Below, piece by piece: positions 37,361 to 47,472 of a stretch of DNA of 64,000 nucleotides. Within the stretch, counting starts at the first letter, position 1. Every line of letters starts with the position of its first letter. The notes under the pieces were generated by a model that saw nothing but the letters and a program-made list of their open reading frames with translations, made no database searches and was not told the origin of the DNA. The position numbers were made by a program, and so were the translations under genes. Source of the stretch: an uncultured Gemmatimonas sp. GTDB lineage: Bacteria; Gemmatimonadota; Gemmatimonadetes; Gemmatimonadales; Gemmatimonadaceae. The stretch covers positions 255 through 64,254 of the forward strand of contig CAZGFE010000004.1 in NCBI GenBank assembly GCA_964524665.1, given 5' to 3'.

Positions 37361-39616
37361 ATGACACCGACCGTTCTGCTGCGTCATCGCACCTCGATCT
37401 CGCTCGCCATGCTGCTGCTGGCCGGCGCCTGCGCGGACGGGCCGCAGGGCGGCGCGAATCGGCCGCCCGAGGTGGTGCTCCAGCTCTCGGCGCCCGCGCC
37501 GACGTTCTCGGGTGGCGATTCCGTGGACGTCGCGCTTTCGGCGACCGATCCGAACGAAGGCGCGCTGGCCTCGTCCGCGCTCAGCTGGTGGGTCACGTTG
37601 CATCACGCGAGCCACACGCACCCGTACCGCGCACCTGCGACCGGCGCAGCGGGTCGCTTCGGGATCGGCCGGGAGGGTCACGAGGATCACGATGTCTTCC
37701 TGCGCGTTTACGCGCGCGCGGTGGACGAGCAAGGACTCGCGGACACGGTTTTCGTGGACCTGCCGCCTACGCTCGTGTTGCTGACGATCGCGAGCGCTCC
37801 AAGCGCACTGCAGGTGACGCTGGATGGGCAGCCGCGCACCACGCCGTTCACGTTGCCCGCGATCGCGGGGATGGAGCGGAGTGTTGGCGCCGCACCCGAG
37901 CAGGTCCTCGGATCCGTGGTGTACTCGCTCAGCGGCTGGAGTGATGCGGGCGCCTCGACGCACACGATCGTCGTGCCCGCCACGTCGCTCACGCTGACGG
38001 CGACCTACGACTCGATCGCGACGACGAACGCAGCGCCGTCGGTCACGCTGACGTCGCCGAGCGCAGCCCTCGTCACGGGGGTTGGTGCCAGCGTGTCGTT
38101 GAGCGTCACGGCAGCAGATCCCGATGGGAGCATTGCCAGCGTAGCGTACGTGGCGAACGGGTCGGTCGTGGCGACCTCGTCCACGCCGCCGTTCAACGCG
38201 ACCTGGATCCCGTCGACCGCGGGGACCTATCAACTGCTCGCTCGCGCCACGGACAACGGGGGCGCCGTTGGCGAATCGCCGACGCGGGCGGTCACCGTGC
38301 AGCCGGCGAGCGCGCCGACCGCTACGCTCGACCTGCCGGCGGATGGGACCCTCGGTCTTACGGGGGCGATCACACTGAACGCGTCCGCGGCGGACGAAAC
38401 GAGCGTGTCGTTCGTGGAGTTCGAGGTGGACGGCGTCTGGCTGGCGACGGACAGCGCAGCGCCCTACTCGGCGGTGGTGCCCAGCACGGCGGCGTATGCC
38501 AGCGGTGCGCACGTCGTGCGCGCTCGGGCGCGGGACGGCGACGGCAACTATTCCGTGTGGGCCAGCGCGCGCGTGACCTTCGGCGGATCACAGGCGCTCC
38601 CCGCCGGGTTCAGCCGCACGACCGTGACCAACGCGCTCGCAGCCACGCCGACGTCGATCGCCGTGGCACCCGACGGACGGATCTTTGTGAGCGAACAGAC
38701 GGGCGCGCTGCGGGTGATCAAGAACGGCGTGCTCCTGGCGCAGCCCTTCGCCGTCCTCGCCGTGGACGCGAATGGTGAAGGCGGGCTCCTCGGCATTGCG
38801 TTCGATCCGGACTTCGTCGCGAACGGATGGATCTATCTCTACCACACCGTTGCCGCCGGAGGCACGCACAACCGGATCTCGCGGTTCACCGCCTTGGGTG
38901 ACGTCGCCGCCGCCGGCAGCGAGCTCGTGCTCGTCGACCTGCCGCCGCTCGGCTCCTCCGGACGCCATCGCGGCGGCGCCATGAAGTTCGGTCCGGACGG
39001 GCTGCTGTACGTCCTGGTGGGCGACGACGGCGTCTCAGCCCACGCGCCGGATCTCGCGGTGCCGTTCGGGAAGGTGCTGCGGTTCCACAAGGACGGCACG
39101 ATCCCGGCGAACAATCCCTTCTACGGGGTCACGACAGGTCTCAGTCGCGCCATCTGGGCGCGCGGACTCCGGAATCCGTTCTCGTTCGACATTCAGCTCT
39201 CCACCGGCCGAATGCACATCAACGACGTGGGGCAGTCGACGTGGGAGGAAGTGAACGTCGGGCGCGCCGGCGCGAACTACGGCTGGCCCTCGACCGAAGG
39301 TCCGACGTCCGCCGCCGGCGTGGATCCGCCGCTGCTCGCGTATCGCCACACGAACAGCCCGACACTCTTCCAAGGTTATGCAGTGGTCGGTGCGGCGTTC
39401 TACGATCCGCCAACGGCCATGTTCGGGGCCGAGTATGTGGGCGATTTCTTCTTCGCCGACTACGTGAATCAGTGGATCTACCGGCTGGACGCGCAGGCGG
39501 ACTGGGCGCCGTACGCCTTCGCCACGCTCGACGCTCCCATCACGGGGCTGGCAGTGGGCCTGGACGGCGCGCTCTACGTTCTCGCGGGGAATCGGGTCGA
39601 CCGGATCTTCAGGTAG
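37361..39616 (+). CDS. Lipoprotein with Ig-like (Big_7-type) domains and C-terminal PQQ-dependent glucose/sorbosone dehydrogenase-like beta-propeller
   Basis: Lipobox AGAC; A.D.DG.I..V..Y, GTY.L.ARATDN.G; GEGGLLGIAFDP, FGPDG.LY, GLRNP, DVGQ..WEE, NYGWP. Confidence 0.85.
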   Translation: MTPTVLLRHRTSISLAMLLLAGACADGPQGGANRPPEVVLQLSAPAPTFSGGDSVDVALSATDPNEGALASSALSWWVTLHHASHTHPYRAPATGAAGRFGIGREGHEDHDVFLRVYARAVDEQGLADTVFVDLPPTLVLLTIASAPSALQVTLDGQPRTTPFTLPAIAGMERSVGAAPEQVLGSVVYSLSGWSDAGASTHTIVVPATSLTLTATYDSIATTNAAPSVTLTSPSAALVTGVGASVSLSVTAADPDGSIASVAYVANGSVVATSSTPPFNATWIPSTAGTYQLLARATDNGGAVGESPTRAVTVQPASAPTATLDLPADGTLGLTGAITLNASAADETSVSFVEFEVDGVWLATDSAAPYSAVVPSTAAYASGAHVVRARARDGDGNYSVWASARVTFGGSQALPAGFSRTTVTNALAATPTSIAVAPDGRIFVSEQTGALRVIKNGVLLAQPFAVLAVDANGEGGLLGIAFDPDFVANGWIYLYHTVAAGGTHNRISRFTALGDVAAAGSELVLVDLPPLGSSGRHRGGAMKFGPDGLLYVLVGDDGVSAHAPDLAVPFGKVLRFHKDGTIPANNPFYGVTTGLSRAIWARGLRNPFSFDIQLSTGRMHINDVGQSTWEEVNVGRAGANYGWPSTEGPTSAAGVDPPLLAYRHTNSPTLFQGYAVVGAAFYDPPTAMFGAEYVGDFFFADYVNQWIYRLDAQADWAPYAFATLDAPITGLAVGLDGALYVLAGNRVDRIFR

Positions 39617-39641
39617 GCCAATATCCAAGGACACCGCAGGG

Positions 39642-39670
39642 TTGCCCGAGGCTCTGGAGCCGGGTAATTT
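39642..39670 (+). promoter_or_regulatory. Probable sigma70 promoter of tRNA-Gln
   Basis: TTGCCC (39642-47), 17-bp spacer, TAATTT (39665-70), 30 bp upstream of the tRNA. Confidence 0.5.
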
Positions 39671-39700
39671 CCGGGTTCTCCGGCACCTGTGGTGCCGCAC

Positions 39701-39773
39701 TGCCCCTTGGTGTAACTGGCAACACGCCTGACTCTGGATCAGGAGAGTCCTGGTTCGATCCCAGGAGGGGCAA
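39701..39773 (+). tRNA. tRNA-Gln(CTG), CCA not encoded
   Basis: Acceptor TGCCCCT/AGGGGCA, anticodon arm CCTGA-CTCTGGA-TCAGG, T-loop GTTCGATCC. Confidence 0.95.
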
Positions 39774-39788
39774 CTCGAAGTCCGTACG

Positions 39789-39833
39789 ACGAAAGGCGCG
39801 GTCACCCCGAACGGGTGCCCGCGCCTTTCGTTT
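39789..39833 (+). terminator. Intrinsic terminator after tRNA-Gln
   Basis: ACGAAAGGCGCGG...CCGCGCCTTTCGT stem, then TT. Confidence 0.7.
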
Positions 39834-39852
39834 GTGGAGCTCTCCGAAAGCA

Positions 39853-39882
39853 GAACGGCGCCTCCCGAAGGAGACGCCGTTC
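39853..39882 (-). terminator. Hairpin, probable terminator of the convergent Ig/PPC lipoprotein gene
   Basis: GAACGGCG-c-CTCC-cgaa-GGAG-a-CGCCGTTC (UUCG loop on the minus strand). Confidence 0.55.
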
Positions 39883-39915
39883 CACTGCAAGGAACTGGTT
39901 GTCCGTCCGAATCCC

Positions 39916-41217
39916 TTACGGGTGTGTCAGAGTCAGGGTCATGCCAGTGACGGCGCCAGCCGGCGACCACGCGTACGAACGCACGCGGTAGTAGCCTGCG
40001 AGCGGAGCGGCCACGGGGCAGGACTCGTTGTTGCCGCTGAACCACGGGCGGCACACGTAGCCGCTGCCACCACCGTCGGTCGCCGAGAACGTCGTGACGC
40101 CGGGGTTATAGAGGTAGAGGTCAGCATCGCCCGTGCCGCCGGCCTGCGTGACGGTGAAGTTCGCCAAGCCAGTGCCAAGGACTGTGTAGTCAGCGAATCC
40201 GCCGGCTGCGATGGCGGGCACGTTCACGGCGACGCCGTTCGCGAGCTGCGGCACCACGCGGAAGCCAGCCACGCTGGAGGGGCTCGAGCCGCCAAGGCCC
40301 TGACCCGTCGCGGTCGCGGTGATGCGGAGCGTGTCCGACCCGCCGCCCATCGTCACGGTGCCAGTCGTGTTGCCAGTGCCGCTGCCGACGACCGTGCCGA
40401 CACCAGCGTTGTTCGTCGACCAAGTGATGGTCGCCGTCGGGATCGTGTTGCCAAGACCCGAGCGAGCCGTCGCCGTGAGGACCACGTCACCCGTGTTGCC
40501 ACGGAAGCCCTGCGTGCCGGTGATCAGGATGTTGTTGACGACCGGGTCGCCGGTGACGGTGACAAGGCGCACCGAGTTGACGACCGTGCCGCCGTCCAGC
40601 GCGTTGGCGGCCGTGGCCGTGATGTTGGCCGTCGTGCCGTCAGGCGTCGTGGCGGAGGCCTGGACGAGCCCAGTGGCCGAGACCGTCGCGACTGCGGTGT
40701 TCGAGGAGGCCCAGGTCACCGTGCGTCCGGTGACCGTCGCGCCCTGCGTGTCGATCGTTGTGGCGGTGATCTGCTGCGCGCCTTCGCGTGCCAGCGTGAT
40801 CGTGGCCGGGGCGAGCGTGATGCTGCCGACCGGGTAGCGGACCGCGAACGCGATCGAGTCGGTCTTGCCGCCCGCCGTCGCGCGGATGTACGCCGTGCCG
40901 CCAGCGACCGCCGTCGCGAGACCGTCAGCCGTGATGGTCACGACCGCCGCGTTGGAGGTGGCCCACGTCACCGGCTTGTCCACCCAGTTGTCCGACGCAT
41001 TGGTCGGCACGCCGAGGAACTGGCGGGTCGTGGCCGGGATCAGGTTGGAAAGCGTCTGGAGGTTCGGGAGGGTCACGATCTCAACCTTGACCACAGTCGA
41101 CCCACCGACGCCACCACCTGAATCCGACGAGCACGCGGAGACAGTGAGGAGCGAGACCGCGACCAGCGCGGTCAGAAGGCGCGCCCAAGGCGCACGGAGG
41201 GAGTGCTTCGGCATCAT
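39916..41217 (-). CDS. Lipoprotein with three Big_2-type Ig domains and a C-terminal PPC domain
   Basis: Lipobox VSAC; three 'VTW.(T/S)SN.AV.T(I/V)...G' repeats; PPC 'GDADLY...YVCRPWFSGNNESC....AGYY'. Confidence 0.82.
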   Translation of the reverse strand: MMPKHSLRAPWARLLTALVAVSLLTVSACSSDSGGGVGGSTVVKVEIVTLPNLQTLSNLIPATTRQFLGVPTNASDNWVDKPVTWATSNAAVVTITADGLATAVAGGTAYIRATAGGKTDSIAFAVRYPVGSITLAPATITLAREGAQQITATTIDTQGATVTGRTVTWASSNTAVATVSATGLVQASATTPDGTTANITATAANALDGGTVVNSVRLVTVTGDPVVNNILITGTQGFRGNTGDVVLTATARSGLGNTIPTATITWSTNNAGVGTVVGSGTGNTTGTVTMGGGSDTLRITATATGQGLGGSSPSSVAGFRVVPQLANGVAVNVPAIAAGGFADYTVLGTGLANFTVTQAGGTGDADLYLYNPGVTTFSATDGGGSGYVCRPWFSGNNESCPVAAPLAGYYRVRSYAWSPAGAVTGMTLTLTHP

Positions 41218-41498
41218 CAGAGTACCGGTGCTGAGGTGGGGACGCGCCCTGCAACCGGTGCAGGGACACGCCATTTCTGACACCCGCGCGAAGGGAACGC
41301 GGGATGACGGACGACTCTATCTTGGCTCACAGGCCAAAGATGTGCAAGCGCAGGCCGACACATCGCCTTCGGGTAATCTTCGGACCCCCCGGCGTGAGCC
41401 TATCGCCGGGCCAGCGCGCGACCTACGTTCTCCGCGCCCGGCCGGAGTGTGATCCACACGACAATTCCCGGTCGGGCGGACCTTCCATCACTCCTCAC

Positions 41499-42269
41499 GT
41501 GCCGACTCCTTCGTTTCCTCCGACGACTTCTGCGCGGGCGCTCCGATCCAGCACGCGCACCGCCGCACTTTTTCTCACTCCGCTCCTGATCGTCGCGGCG
41601 AGCTGCGCGTCGGCGAGTGCCGGAGCTCCTGAACCGGACGCGCTCGCGGCAGCACCGGCGCCGCTGGGCGCCGGTCCGTGGATCGATCTCAACCGGGCCG
41701 ACGCGTGGCGCGGGTATCGACGGAACGATCTCCCCGCGGGTTGGGTGTTCGATACCACCTCCCGGGTCCTGACCCGCCTTCACGGTGGCGGCGACATCAT
41801 CACGCGCGCGCAGTTCACGGACTTCGAGCTCGAACTCGAGTGGAAGGTCGGACCGCGCGGAAACAGCGGCGTGTTCTACCGCGCCAACGAAGGCACGCGC
41901 GTCATCTATGAGAATGCCGCGGAGATGCAGATCCTCGACAACACGGGACACTTCGATGGACGCAACACGCTGACCTCGGCGGGCGCGAACTACGCGCTCG
42001 ACGCGCCGGTGCGCGACGTGACGCGGCCGGTGGGCGAGTGGAACCGCGCGCGCATCGTGGCGCGCGGCGCGCGGGTCGAGCATTGGCTCAACGACGTGAC
42101 GGTGGTGGAGTACGAGCTGTGGTCCGACGCGTGGACCGCGAAGGTGGCGGCGTCCAAGTTCGCCGCCTGGCCGACCTATGGCCTGGGCCGCCGCGGTCAT
42201 CTCGGGCTGCAGGATCACGGCGATGTCGTCTCGTTCCGGAACCTGCGCGTCCGGGAGATCACCCCGTGA
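41499..42269 (+). CDS. DUF1080 (3-keto-disaccharide hydrolase/hydratase family) lipoprotein; start uncertain
   Basis: DFELELEWK...[42 protein letters not shown]. Confidence 0.88.
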   Translation: MPTPSFPPTTSARALRSSTRTAALFLTPLLIVAASCASASAGAPEPDALAAAPAPLGAGPWIDLNRADAWRGYRRNDLPAGWVFDTTSRVLTRLHGGGDIITRAQFTDFELELEWKVGPRGNSGVFYRANEGTRVIYENAAEMQILDNTGHFDGRNTLTSAGANYALDAPVRDVTRPVGEWNRARIVARGARVEHWLNDVTVVEYELWSDAWTAKVAASKFAAWPTYGLGRRGHLGLQDHGDVVSFRNLRVREITP

Positions 42270-43480
42270 TCAAGTCCCGGCTCGCCCTGATGATGTTCCT
42301 GCAGTACTTCGTGTGGGGCGCGTGGTTCGTCACGATGGGCACGTTTCTCGGACAGACGCTCCGGTTCAGCGACACGCAGATCGGACTCGCGTACGGTGCG
42401 ACGGCCATCGCGGCGCTGGTCTCACCGTTCTTCATCGGAATGATCGCGGATCGGTTCTTCGCGAGCGAGAAGCTCCTCGGGCTCCTGCATCTCGCGGGCG
42501 GCGTGACGCTGTACATCGTTTCGGAGCAGCAGAGCTTCGGCACGTTCTATCCCCTGCTGATCGTGTACGCGCTCTGCTACATGCCCACGCTCTCGCTCAC
42601 GAACGCGATCTCGTTCCATCACATCAAGGATCCCGCCAAGGAGTTCCCGCTGATCCGCGTGCTGGGGACCATCGGGTGGATCGCGGCCGGGATCCTGGTC
42701 GGCAAAGTGCTCCGCGCGGACGCGCAGGCGCTGCCGATGCAGCTCGCGGCGGGCGCGAGCATCGCGCTGGGCCTGTTCTCGTTCGCACTCCCGGCCACGC
42801 CGCCGCGCGCGGCGGGACGCCCCTTCAGCGTGCGCGACGCGTTCGGCCTCGACGCGCTCGCGCTGCTCAGGCACCGCGACTTTGCGATCTTCACGCTGGG
42901 CAGCTTCCTGCTCTGCATCCCGCTCCAGTTCTACTACACGTTCACGAATCTGTATCTGAACGAGATCGGCGCGCCGGAGCCGGCGTTCATCCAGACGTTC
43001 GGGCAGATGAGCGAGATCGTGTTCCTGGTCATGCTCCCGGTCTTTCTGCTGCGCTTCGGCATCAAGCAGGTGCTGTTGATCGGCATGCTCGCGTGGGCGG
43101 CGCGCTACTTCGCCTTCGGGGCGGGGAATGCGGGCGCGGGAATGTGGCTCATCTATCTGGGCATCATCCTCCACGGCATCTGCTACGACTTCTTCTTCGT
43201 CGCGGGGCAGATCTACACCGACCAGCGCGCGGGCCCGACCATCCGCGCCGCCGCGCAGGGGTTCATCAACTTCGTCACCAACGGGCTGGGCTACTTCGTC
43301 GGCGCCTTCGCGTCGGGATGGGTGGTGAACCGGTATGCGCGCGTCGACGATCTCTCCGGCGTGACCTCGCACGACTGGTCACGGATCTGGCCGATCCCGG
43401 CATACGGTGCGCTGGTCGTCTTCTTCCTGTTCCTGCTGCTGTTCCGGCGCGAGTCCACGTCCACCCCCGCCACCTCCTGA
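42266..43480 (+). CDS. Nucleoside:H+ symporter (NupG/XapB/YegT-like) MFS permease
   Basis: [56 protein letters not shown] overlap. Confidence 0.9.
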   Translation: MIKSRLALMMFLQYFVWGAWFVTMGTFLGQTLRFSDTQIGLAYGATAIAALVSPFFIGMIADRFFASEKLLGLLHLAGGVTLYIVSEQQSFGTFYPLLIVYALCYMPTLSLTNAISFHHIKDPAKEFPLIRVLGTIGWIAAGILVGKVLRADAQALPMQLAAGASIALGLFSFALPATPPRAAGRPFSVRDAFGLDALALLRHRDFAIFTLGSFLLCIPLQFYYTFTNLYLNEIGAPEPAFIQTFGQMSEIVFLVMLPVFLLRFGIKQVLLIGMLAWAARYFAFGAGNAGAGMWLIYLGIILHGICYDFFFVAGQIYTDQRAGPTIRAAAQGFINFVTNGLGYFVGAFASGWVVNRYARVDDLSGVTSHDWSRIWPIPAYGALVVFFLFLLLFRRESTSTPATS

Positions 43481-43490
43481 GGGCTTGCTG

Positions 43491-44840
43491 ATGTCTTCCA
43501 AGGATCATCGCACATTCGATCGCCGCCGCTTCGTGGGCTCCGTGGCCGCCGCGGGCGCGATCGCGGCACTGCCGCGCCCGCTGCACGCGCTCGGCGAGTA
43601 CGCGCAGCCCTCGCAGAAGCTGCGCATTGCGTGCATCGGCGTCGGCGGCATGGGGCACAGCGACGTGCGTGGGGTGAGCACGGAGGAGCTGGTGGCCTTT
43701 GCGGACGTGGACTGGCGTCAGGCGGAGCGCGCGTTCCGCGAGTATCCGCAGGCCAAGCGCTACAAGGACTTTCGCGAGATGCTCGAGAAGGAGCGCAACA
43801 ACATCGACGCCGTGACCGTCTCGACTCCCGACCACACGCACGCGGCCGCAGCGATGATGGCGCTCAAGATGGGCAAGCACGTCTACTGCCAGAAGCCGCT
43901 GGCGCGCACCATCGGCGAAGTGCGCGCGCTCAAGGCCGAGGCGGCACGGCGGCCGCGGCAGGCCACGCAGATGGGAAATCAGGGGCACGCGGGCGAGGGG
44001 ATCCGCTTGATCCGCGAGTGGGTCGAGGGCGGACTCATTGGTGAGGTCGAGCGCGTGGAGTTCTGGACCAACCGCCCGATCTGGCCGCAGGCGATCAACC
44101 GGCCCACCGAAGCGCACAACGTGCCGCCTACGCTCGACTGGGATCTGTGGATCGGTCCCGTGGCCGAGCGGCCGTACAATCCGCGCTATGCGCCGTTCAA
44201 CTGGCGCGGCTGGTGGGACTTCGGCACCGGCGCCATGGGGGACATGGCGTGCCACATCATGGACGCCGCGTACTGGATCCTGGGCCTCAAGTATCCGTCA
44301 CGCATCACGCCAGAGTCCACGACGCTCTACACGGAGACCGCGCCGGCTGCCGAACGGATCACCTACGAGTTCCCGGCGATCGGCTCGCGTCGCGCGGTGA
44401 CGCTCACGTGGCGCGACGGGAGCTTCTACCCGCCCAAGCCGGACGGATGGCCGGAGACGATGAACTGGCCGCCGGATCCGACCGGCGGCCAGCTGTGGGT
44501 CGGCACCAAGGGCATGATCGTCGCGGGCACCTACGCGGAGAACCCGAGGCTCGTGGACGAGGCAGCGAACGCAGCGCTCGTGGCGACGCCGCTGCCGCAG
44601 ACGTACGCGCGCACCGGCGGTGTGTATCAGGAATGGATCAGTGCCTGCAAGAACGGCACGCAGCCGGGCAGCGACTTCGCGGGCTACGCAGGGCCGATGA
44701 CCGAGATGATCCTGATCGGGTGCCTGGCGGTGCGCATGGGGAAGACGCTGGAGATGAACCCCGACACGGGCGCGATCACGAATCAGACGCCGCCGAGTGA
44801 GTGGGTAATGCCGACGTATCGGCGTGGGTGGAGTCTGTAA
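43491..44840 (+). CDS. Gfo/Idh/MocA oxidoreductase with Tat signal
   Basis: DRRRFVG Tat motif; IGVGGMG, STPDHTH, HVYCQKPL, QMGNQ, WRGWWDFGTGAMGDMACH. Confidence 0.92.
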   Translation: MSSKDHRTFDRRRFVGSVAAAGAIAALPRPLHALGEYAQPSQKLRIACIGVGGMGHSDVRGVSTEELVAFADVDWRQAERAFREYPQAKRYKDFREMLEKERNNIDAVTVSTPDHTHAAAAMMALKMGKHVYCQKPLARTIGEVRALKAEAARRPRQATQMGNQGHAGEGIRLIREWVEGGLIGEVERVEFWTNRPIWPQAINRPTEAHNVPPTLDWDLWIGPVAERPYNPRYAPFNWRGWWDFGTGAMGDMACHIMDAAYWILGLKYPSRITPESTTLYTETAPAAERITYEFPAIGSRRAVTLTWRDGSFYPPKPDGWPETMNWPPDPTGGQLWVGTKGMIVAGTYAENPRLVDEAANAALVATPLPQTYARTGGVYQEWISACKNGTQPGSDFAGYAGPMTEMILIGCLAVRMGKTLEMNPDTGAITNQTPPSEWVMPTYRRGWSL

Positions 44841-44857
44841 CGGCGAACGGCGGTCAC

Positions 44858-44881
44858 CACGAAGGCACGAAGGCACGAAGG
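44858..44881 (+). repeat. Short tandem repeat (CACGAAGG)x3 abutting the cutC start
   Basis: Read directly: cacgaagg cacgaagg cacgaagg then ATG. Confidence 0.85.
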
Positions 44882-45550
44882 ATGCCGGTACGCTCGGTGT
44901 TGGTCGAGGCGTATGTGGAGACGCTTGCACAGGCGGAACGGGCGGTCGCGGAGGGCGCAGATCGGCTTGAGCTTTGTGGACCTGGGGAGGGGGGGCTCAC
45001 GCCTCCCGATGGGCTGTTGGCGCAGGTGCGTACCCGGTGTGCGGTGCCGGTGCGCGTGATGATCCGGCCGCGCGCGGGTGACTTCGTCTACTCACCTAGC
45101 GAGTTCCAGGCGATGCGCCGTTCGATCCAGGTGGCCGCTGACACCGGTGCCGACGGCGTGGTGCTCGGCATCCTGCGCGTTTCGAAAGCGCTCGACCTCG
45201 AGCGCATGCGGGACTTGGTCGCGGCCGCGCGGCCGCTGCGGGTGATCTGCCACCGCGCCTTCGATCTCACGCCAGACGCTGGTGAGGCGTTCGATCAGCT
45301 CGTCGCGCTGGGTGTGGACGGGGTGCTCACCGCCGGACACGCACCGACGGCGAGCGAGGGAGCCGCCACGATCGCGCGGCATGTGCGGCGCGCAGACGCC
45401 GCATCGCGGCCCCTCGAGGTCATCGCGGGCGGGTCAGTGCGCGGCGCGAACGCTCGTGCACTCGTCGAGAGCACGAACGTTTGCGCGGTGCACGCGCGCG
45501 CCACCGAGGTGGGCACGATCGCGGCGATCGTCGCCGCGCTGCGGAGCTAG
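44882..45550 (+). CDS. cutC: Copper homeostasis protein CutC family
   Basis: GADRLELC, EGGLTP, VMIRPRAGDF.YS, GADGVVLG, HRAFD. Confidence 0.88.
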   Translation: MPVRSVLVEAYVETLAQAERAVAEGADRLELCGPGEGGLTPPDGLLAQVRTRCAVPVRVMIRPRAGDFVYSPSEFQAMRRSIQVAADTGADGVVLGILRVSKALDLERMRDLVAAARPLRVICHRAFDLTPDAGEAFDQLVALGVDGVLTAGHAPTASEGAATIARHVRRADAASRPLEVIAGGSVRGANARALVESTNVCAVHARATEVGTIAAIVAALRS

Positions 45551-45598
45551 CGTTCGCCTGTCGTTCGCCTGTCGCTCGCGCCGCGGCGAGCCAGCCTG

Positions 45599-46837
45599 CT
45601 AGGGCCGCCAGGTCCCCTTGGCCACCTTCGGCACGAAGCGCTCGATCCCGCGCGAGGGATAGCTCAGCGTGCGGCCCTCCTCGGCCGAGCGGTACGCGGT
45701 CATGAGCATCTTCACGACCTCCACGCCGTCGGCAAAATCGAGCCGCGCCTTCTCCTTCCCTTGGAACACGCGCACGAAGTGGCGATCCTCGCCGGTGTAG
45801 CCGTACGCGGCGTACTCCTCCGGAACCACCGGCATCACGCCCTGCTCGGCGTTCTGCTTCTCCACCAGATCCTCGCCCGCGCGCCCCGTGACCTCGCGGC
45901 TGAAGAAGAGCTGCAGCCCGGAGTCGAGCGAGTTCCACTTCATCGAGTATTCGGGGCCGAGCAGTTCCGCCGAGAGCCGAAGCCCCGCGCCGACGAAACT
46001 CCAGCTGGTGGACGCCTCGCCGATCACGCGGTGGCCGTCCGCCGTCTTGAACTCGATCATCACGCTTGCGAAGTCCTCACTCGGACGCTTGGCGTAGTCC
46101 ACCGCGCTGCCCATCGTGGCCTTCAGTTTCTTCGCGTAGGCGGGCCGCGACCACTTGAGTGACGCGATGTGTCCGGTGACGCGCACCGGCTTCACCGTGC
46201 TGAGCGCGTCTCCAGGTGCGGTGAGCAGATAGCGCACGACGAGCGCGGAGTGGCACATCATGTCGTTCAGCACGCCGCCGCCCTGCAGCGAGCCCTGCCA
46301 GAACCACGGCATGTGCGGTCCGGCGTGCTCCTCTGCGGCGCGCGCGAGGTAGGGACGCCCCGTGGTCGCGGCGCCGCGCGCCCAGAGCAGCTGCTTGCCG
46401 GCCTCGACGTGCGGCGCGAAGAGCTGGTTCTCGAGGTACCCGGTGCGAAGCTTCACACTGCGCGCGAGCCGCGCGACTTCCTCCGCTTCGGCCACGTTGC
46501 GAGCGAGCGGCTTCTCGCACGCGAGCCCGCGGAGCGTGCCTTTGCCCTTCTTGATGGCGTGCACGATCTCCTCGACATTCTCGATCCGCGCCTGATTTGG
46601 GCCGCAGAGCCAGAGCGCATCGATCGCGGGATCGGCGACCATCGCTCCGATGCTCTTGTAGGCCTTTGCGGGTCCCACGTCGAGCGACCGCGCGAGCGCC
46701 GCAGCGCTCGCCGCGTTCTTTCCGTTGGGGCTCCAGACGCCGAGCACGTCCGCGTCGCGCACGCCGCGCCAGCCCTGAATGTGGAAGCGGGTATTAAAGC
46801 CCGAACCGATGAAACCGACGCCGAAACGTGAGGTCAT
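45599..46837 (-). CDS. Gfo/Idh/MocA oxidoreductase (no signal peptide)
   Basis: GFIGSGF, CEKPLAR, EEHAGPH.PWFW, GGGVLNDMMCH. Confidence 0.88.
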   Translation of the reverse strand: MTSRFGVGFIGSGFNTRFHIQGWRGVRDADVLGVWSPNGKNAASAAALARSLDVGPAKAYKSIGAMVADPAIDALWLCGPNQARIENVEEIVHAIKKGKGTLRGLACEKPLARNVAEAEEVARLARSVKLRTGYLENQLFAPHVEAGKQLLWARGAATTGRPYLARAAEEHAGPHMPWFWQGSLQGGGVLNDMMCHSALVVRYLLTAPGDALSTVKPVRVTGHIASLKWSRPAYAKKLKATMGSAVDYAKRPSEDFASVMIEFKTADGHRVIGEASTSWSFVGAGLRLSAELLGPEYSMKWNSLDSGLQLFFSREVTGRAGEDLVEKQNAEQGVMPVVPEEYAAYGYTGEDRHFVRVFQGKEKARLDFADGVEVVKMLMTAYRSAEEGRTLSYPSRGIERFVPKVAKGTWRP

Positions 46838-46859
46838 TGCGTAGTTGAGAGTTGAGCGG

Positions 46860-47471
46860 TCAGATCCCGAGCCAGCGCTGCACTTCGGCGGGCGTGCCTT
46901 CCCACTGTGCGACGGGACGGTTGCCCATGTAGCCGATGTCGGCAATGCCCATCCGGCTCGTCCAGAACCCGCTCGCGGTGAGATTGCGGAATCGTGTGAA
47001 GAAGTCGGCGCCGGGCTTCACGGCGGCCGCAGCCTGACGCGGATACGCGATCGCGTCGAGCACTTCGCGACGCTGCGTGTCGGTGCACGAGAGCCAGCCG
47101 TTGCCGAACCGCCGCCGACACTCGGCGTTCATCCACGAGAGGCCGTCGCGCATCCAGGTTTGGTTGCTGCGATACTCGCCGAGGATGAAGTCCATGAACT
47201 CGGGTACACCGGCATCGGTGGCGCTGCCAGAGCGCGCGTCGCGCGGGATGACGTAATTCACGAGCGAGCGCACGAGCTGCCACTCGTCGGGCGAGAAGTT
47301 CTGCGGCCGGTAGGCCGAGCCCTGCGCGCCCTGCGCTGCGTCGGCGTCCAACGCGGCCTGCGCGTGCGCGGCGGCGCGCTCCATGCCGTCGGTGGGGATG
47401 GCGAGCACCGCCGGAGCGGCGGCGAGGCCTGCGAGCAGGTCGCGGCGGGAAACATTGGCGTGGTCGGTCAT
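46860..47471 (-). CDS. Gluconate 2-dehydrogenase subunit 3-like protein with Tat signal
   Basis: SRRDLL Tat motif; IP.D..SGSATDAGVPEFMD, FF..FRNLT.SGFWTS..G..DIGYMGN. Confidence 0.88.
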   Translation of the reverse strand: MTDHANVSRRDLLAGLAAAPAVLAIPTDGMERAAAHAQAALDADAAQGAQGSAYRPQNFSPDEWQLVRSLVNYVIPRDARSGSATDAGVPEFMDFILGEYRSNQTWMRDGLSWMNAECRRRFGNGWLSCTDTQRREVLDAIAYPRQAAAAVKPGADFFTRFRNLTASGFWTSRMGIADIGYMGNRPVAQWEGTPAEVQRWLGI

Positions 47472-47472
47472 C

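Noticed and set aside
35675..39773. Segment between two tRNAs as a genomic island or prophage
   Set aside because: No integrase, no duplicated tRNA 3' end seen, gene content not mobile.
41220..41300. Hairpins upstream of the Ig/PPC gene (CCCTGCA/TGCAGGG; CCCGCG/CGCGGG) as a riboswitch
   Set aside because: Short GC-rich stems expected by chance; no riboswitch motif or expression platform recognised.
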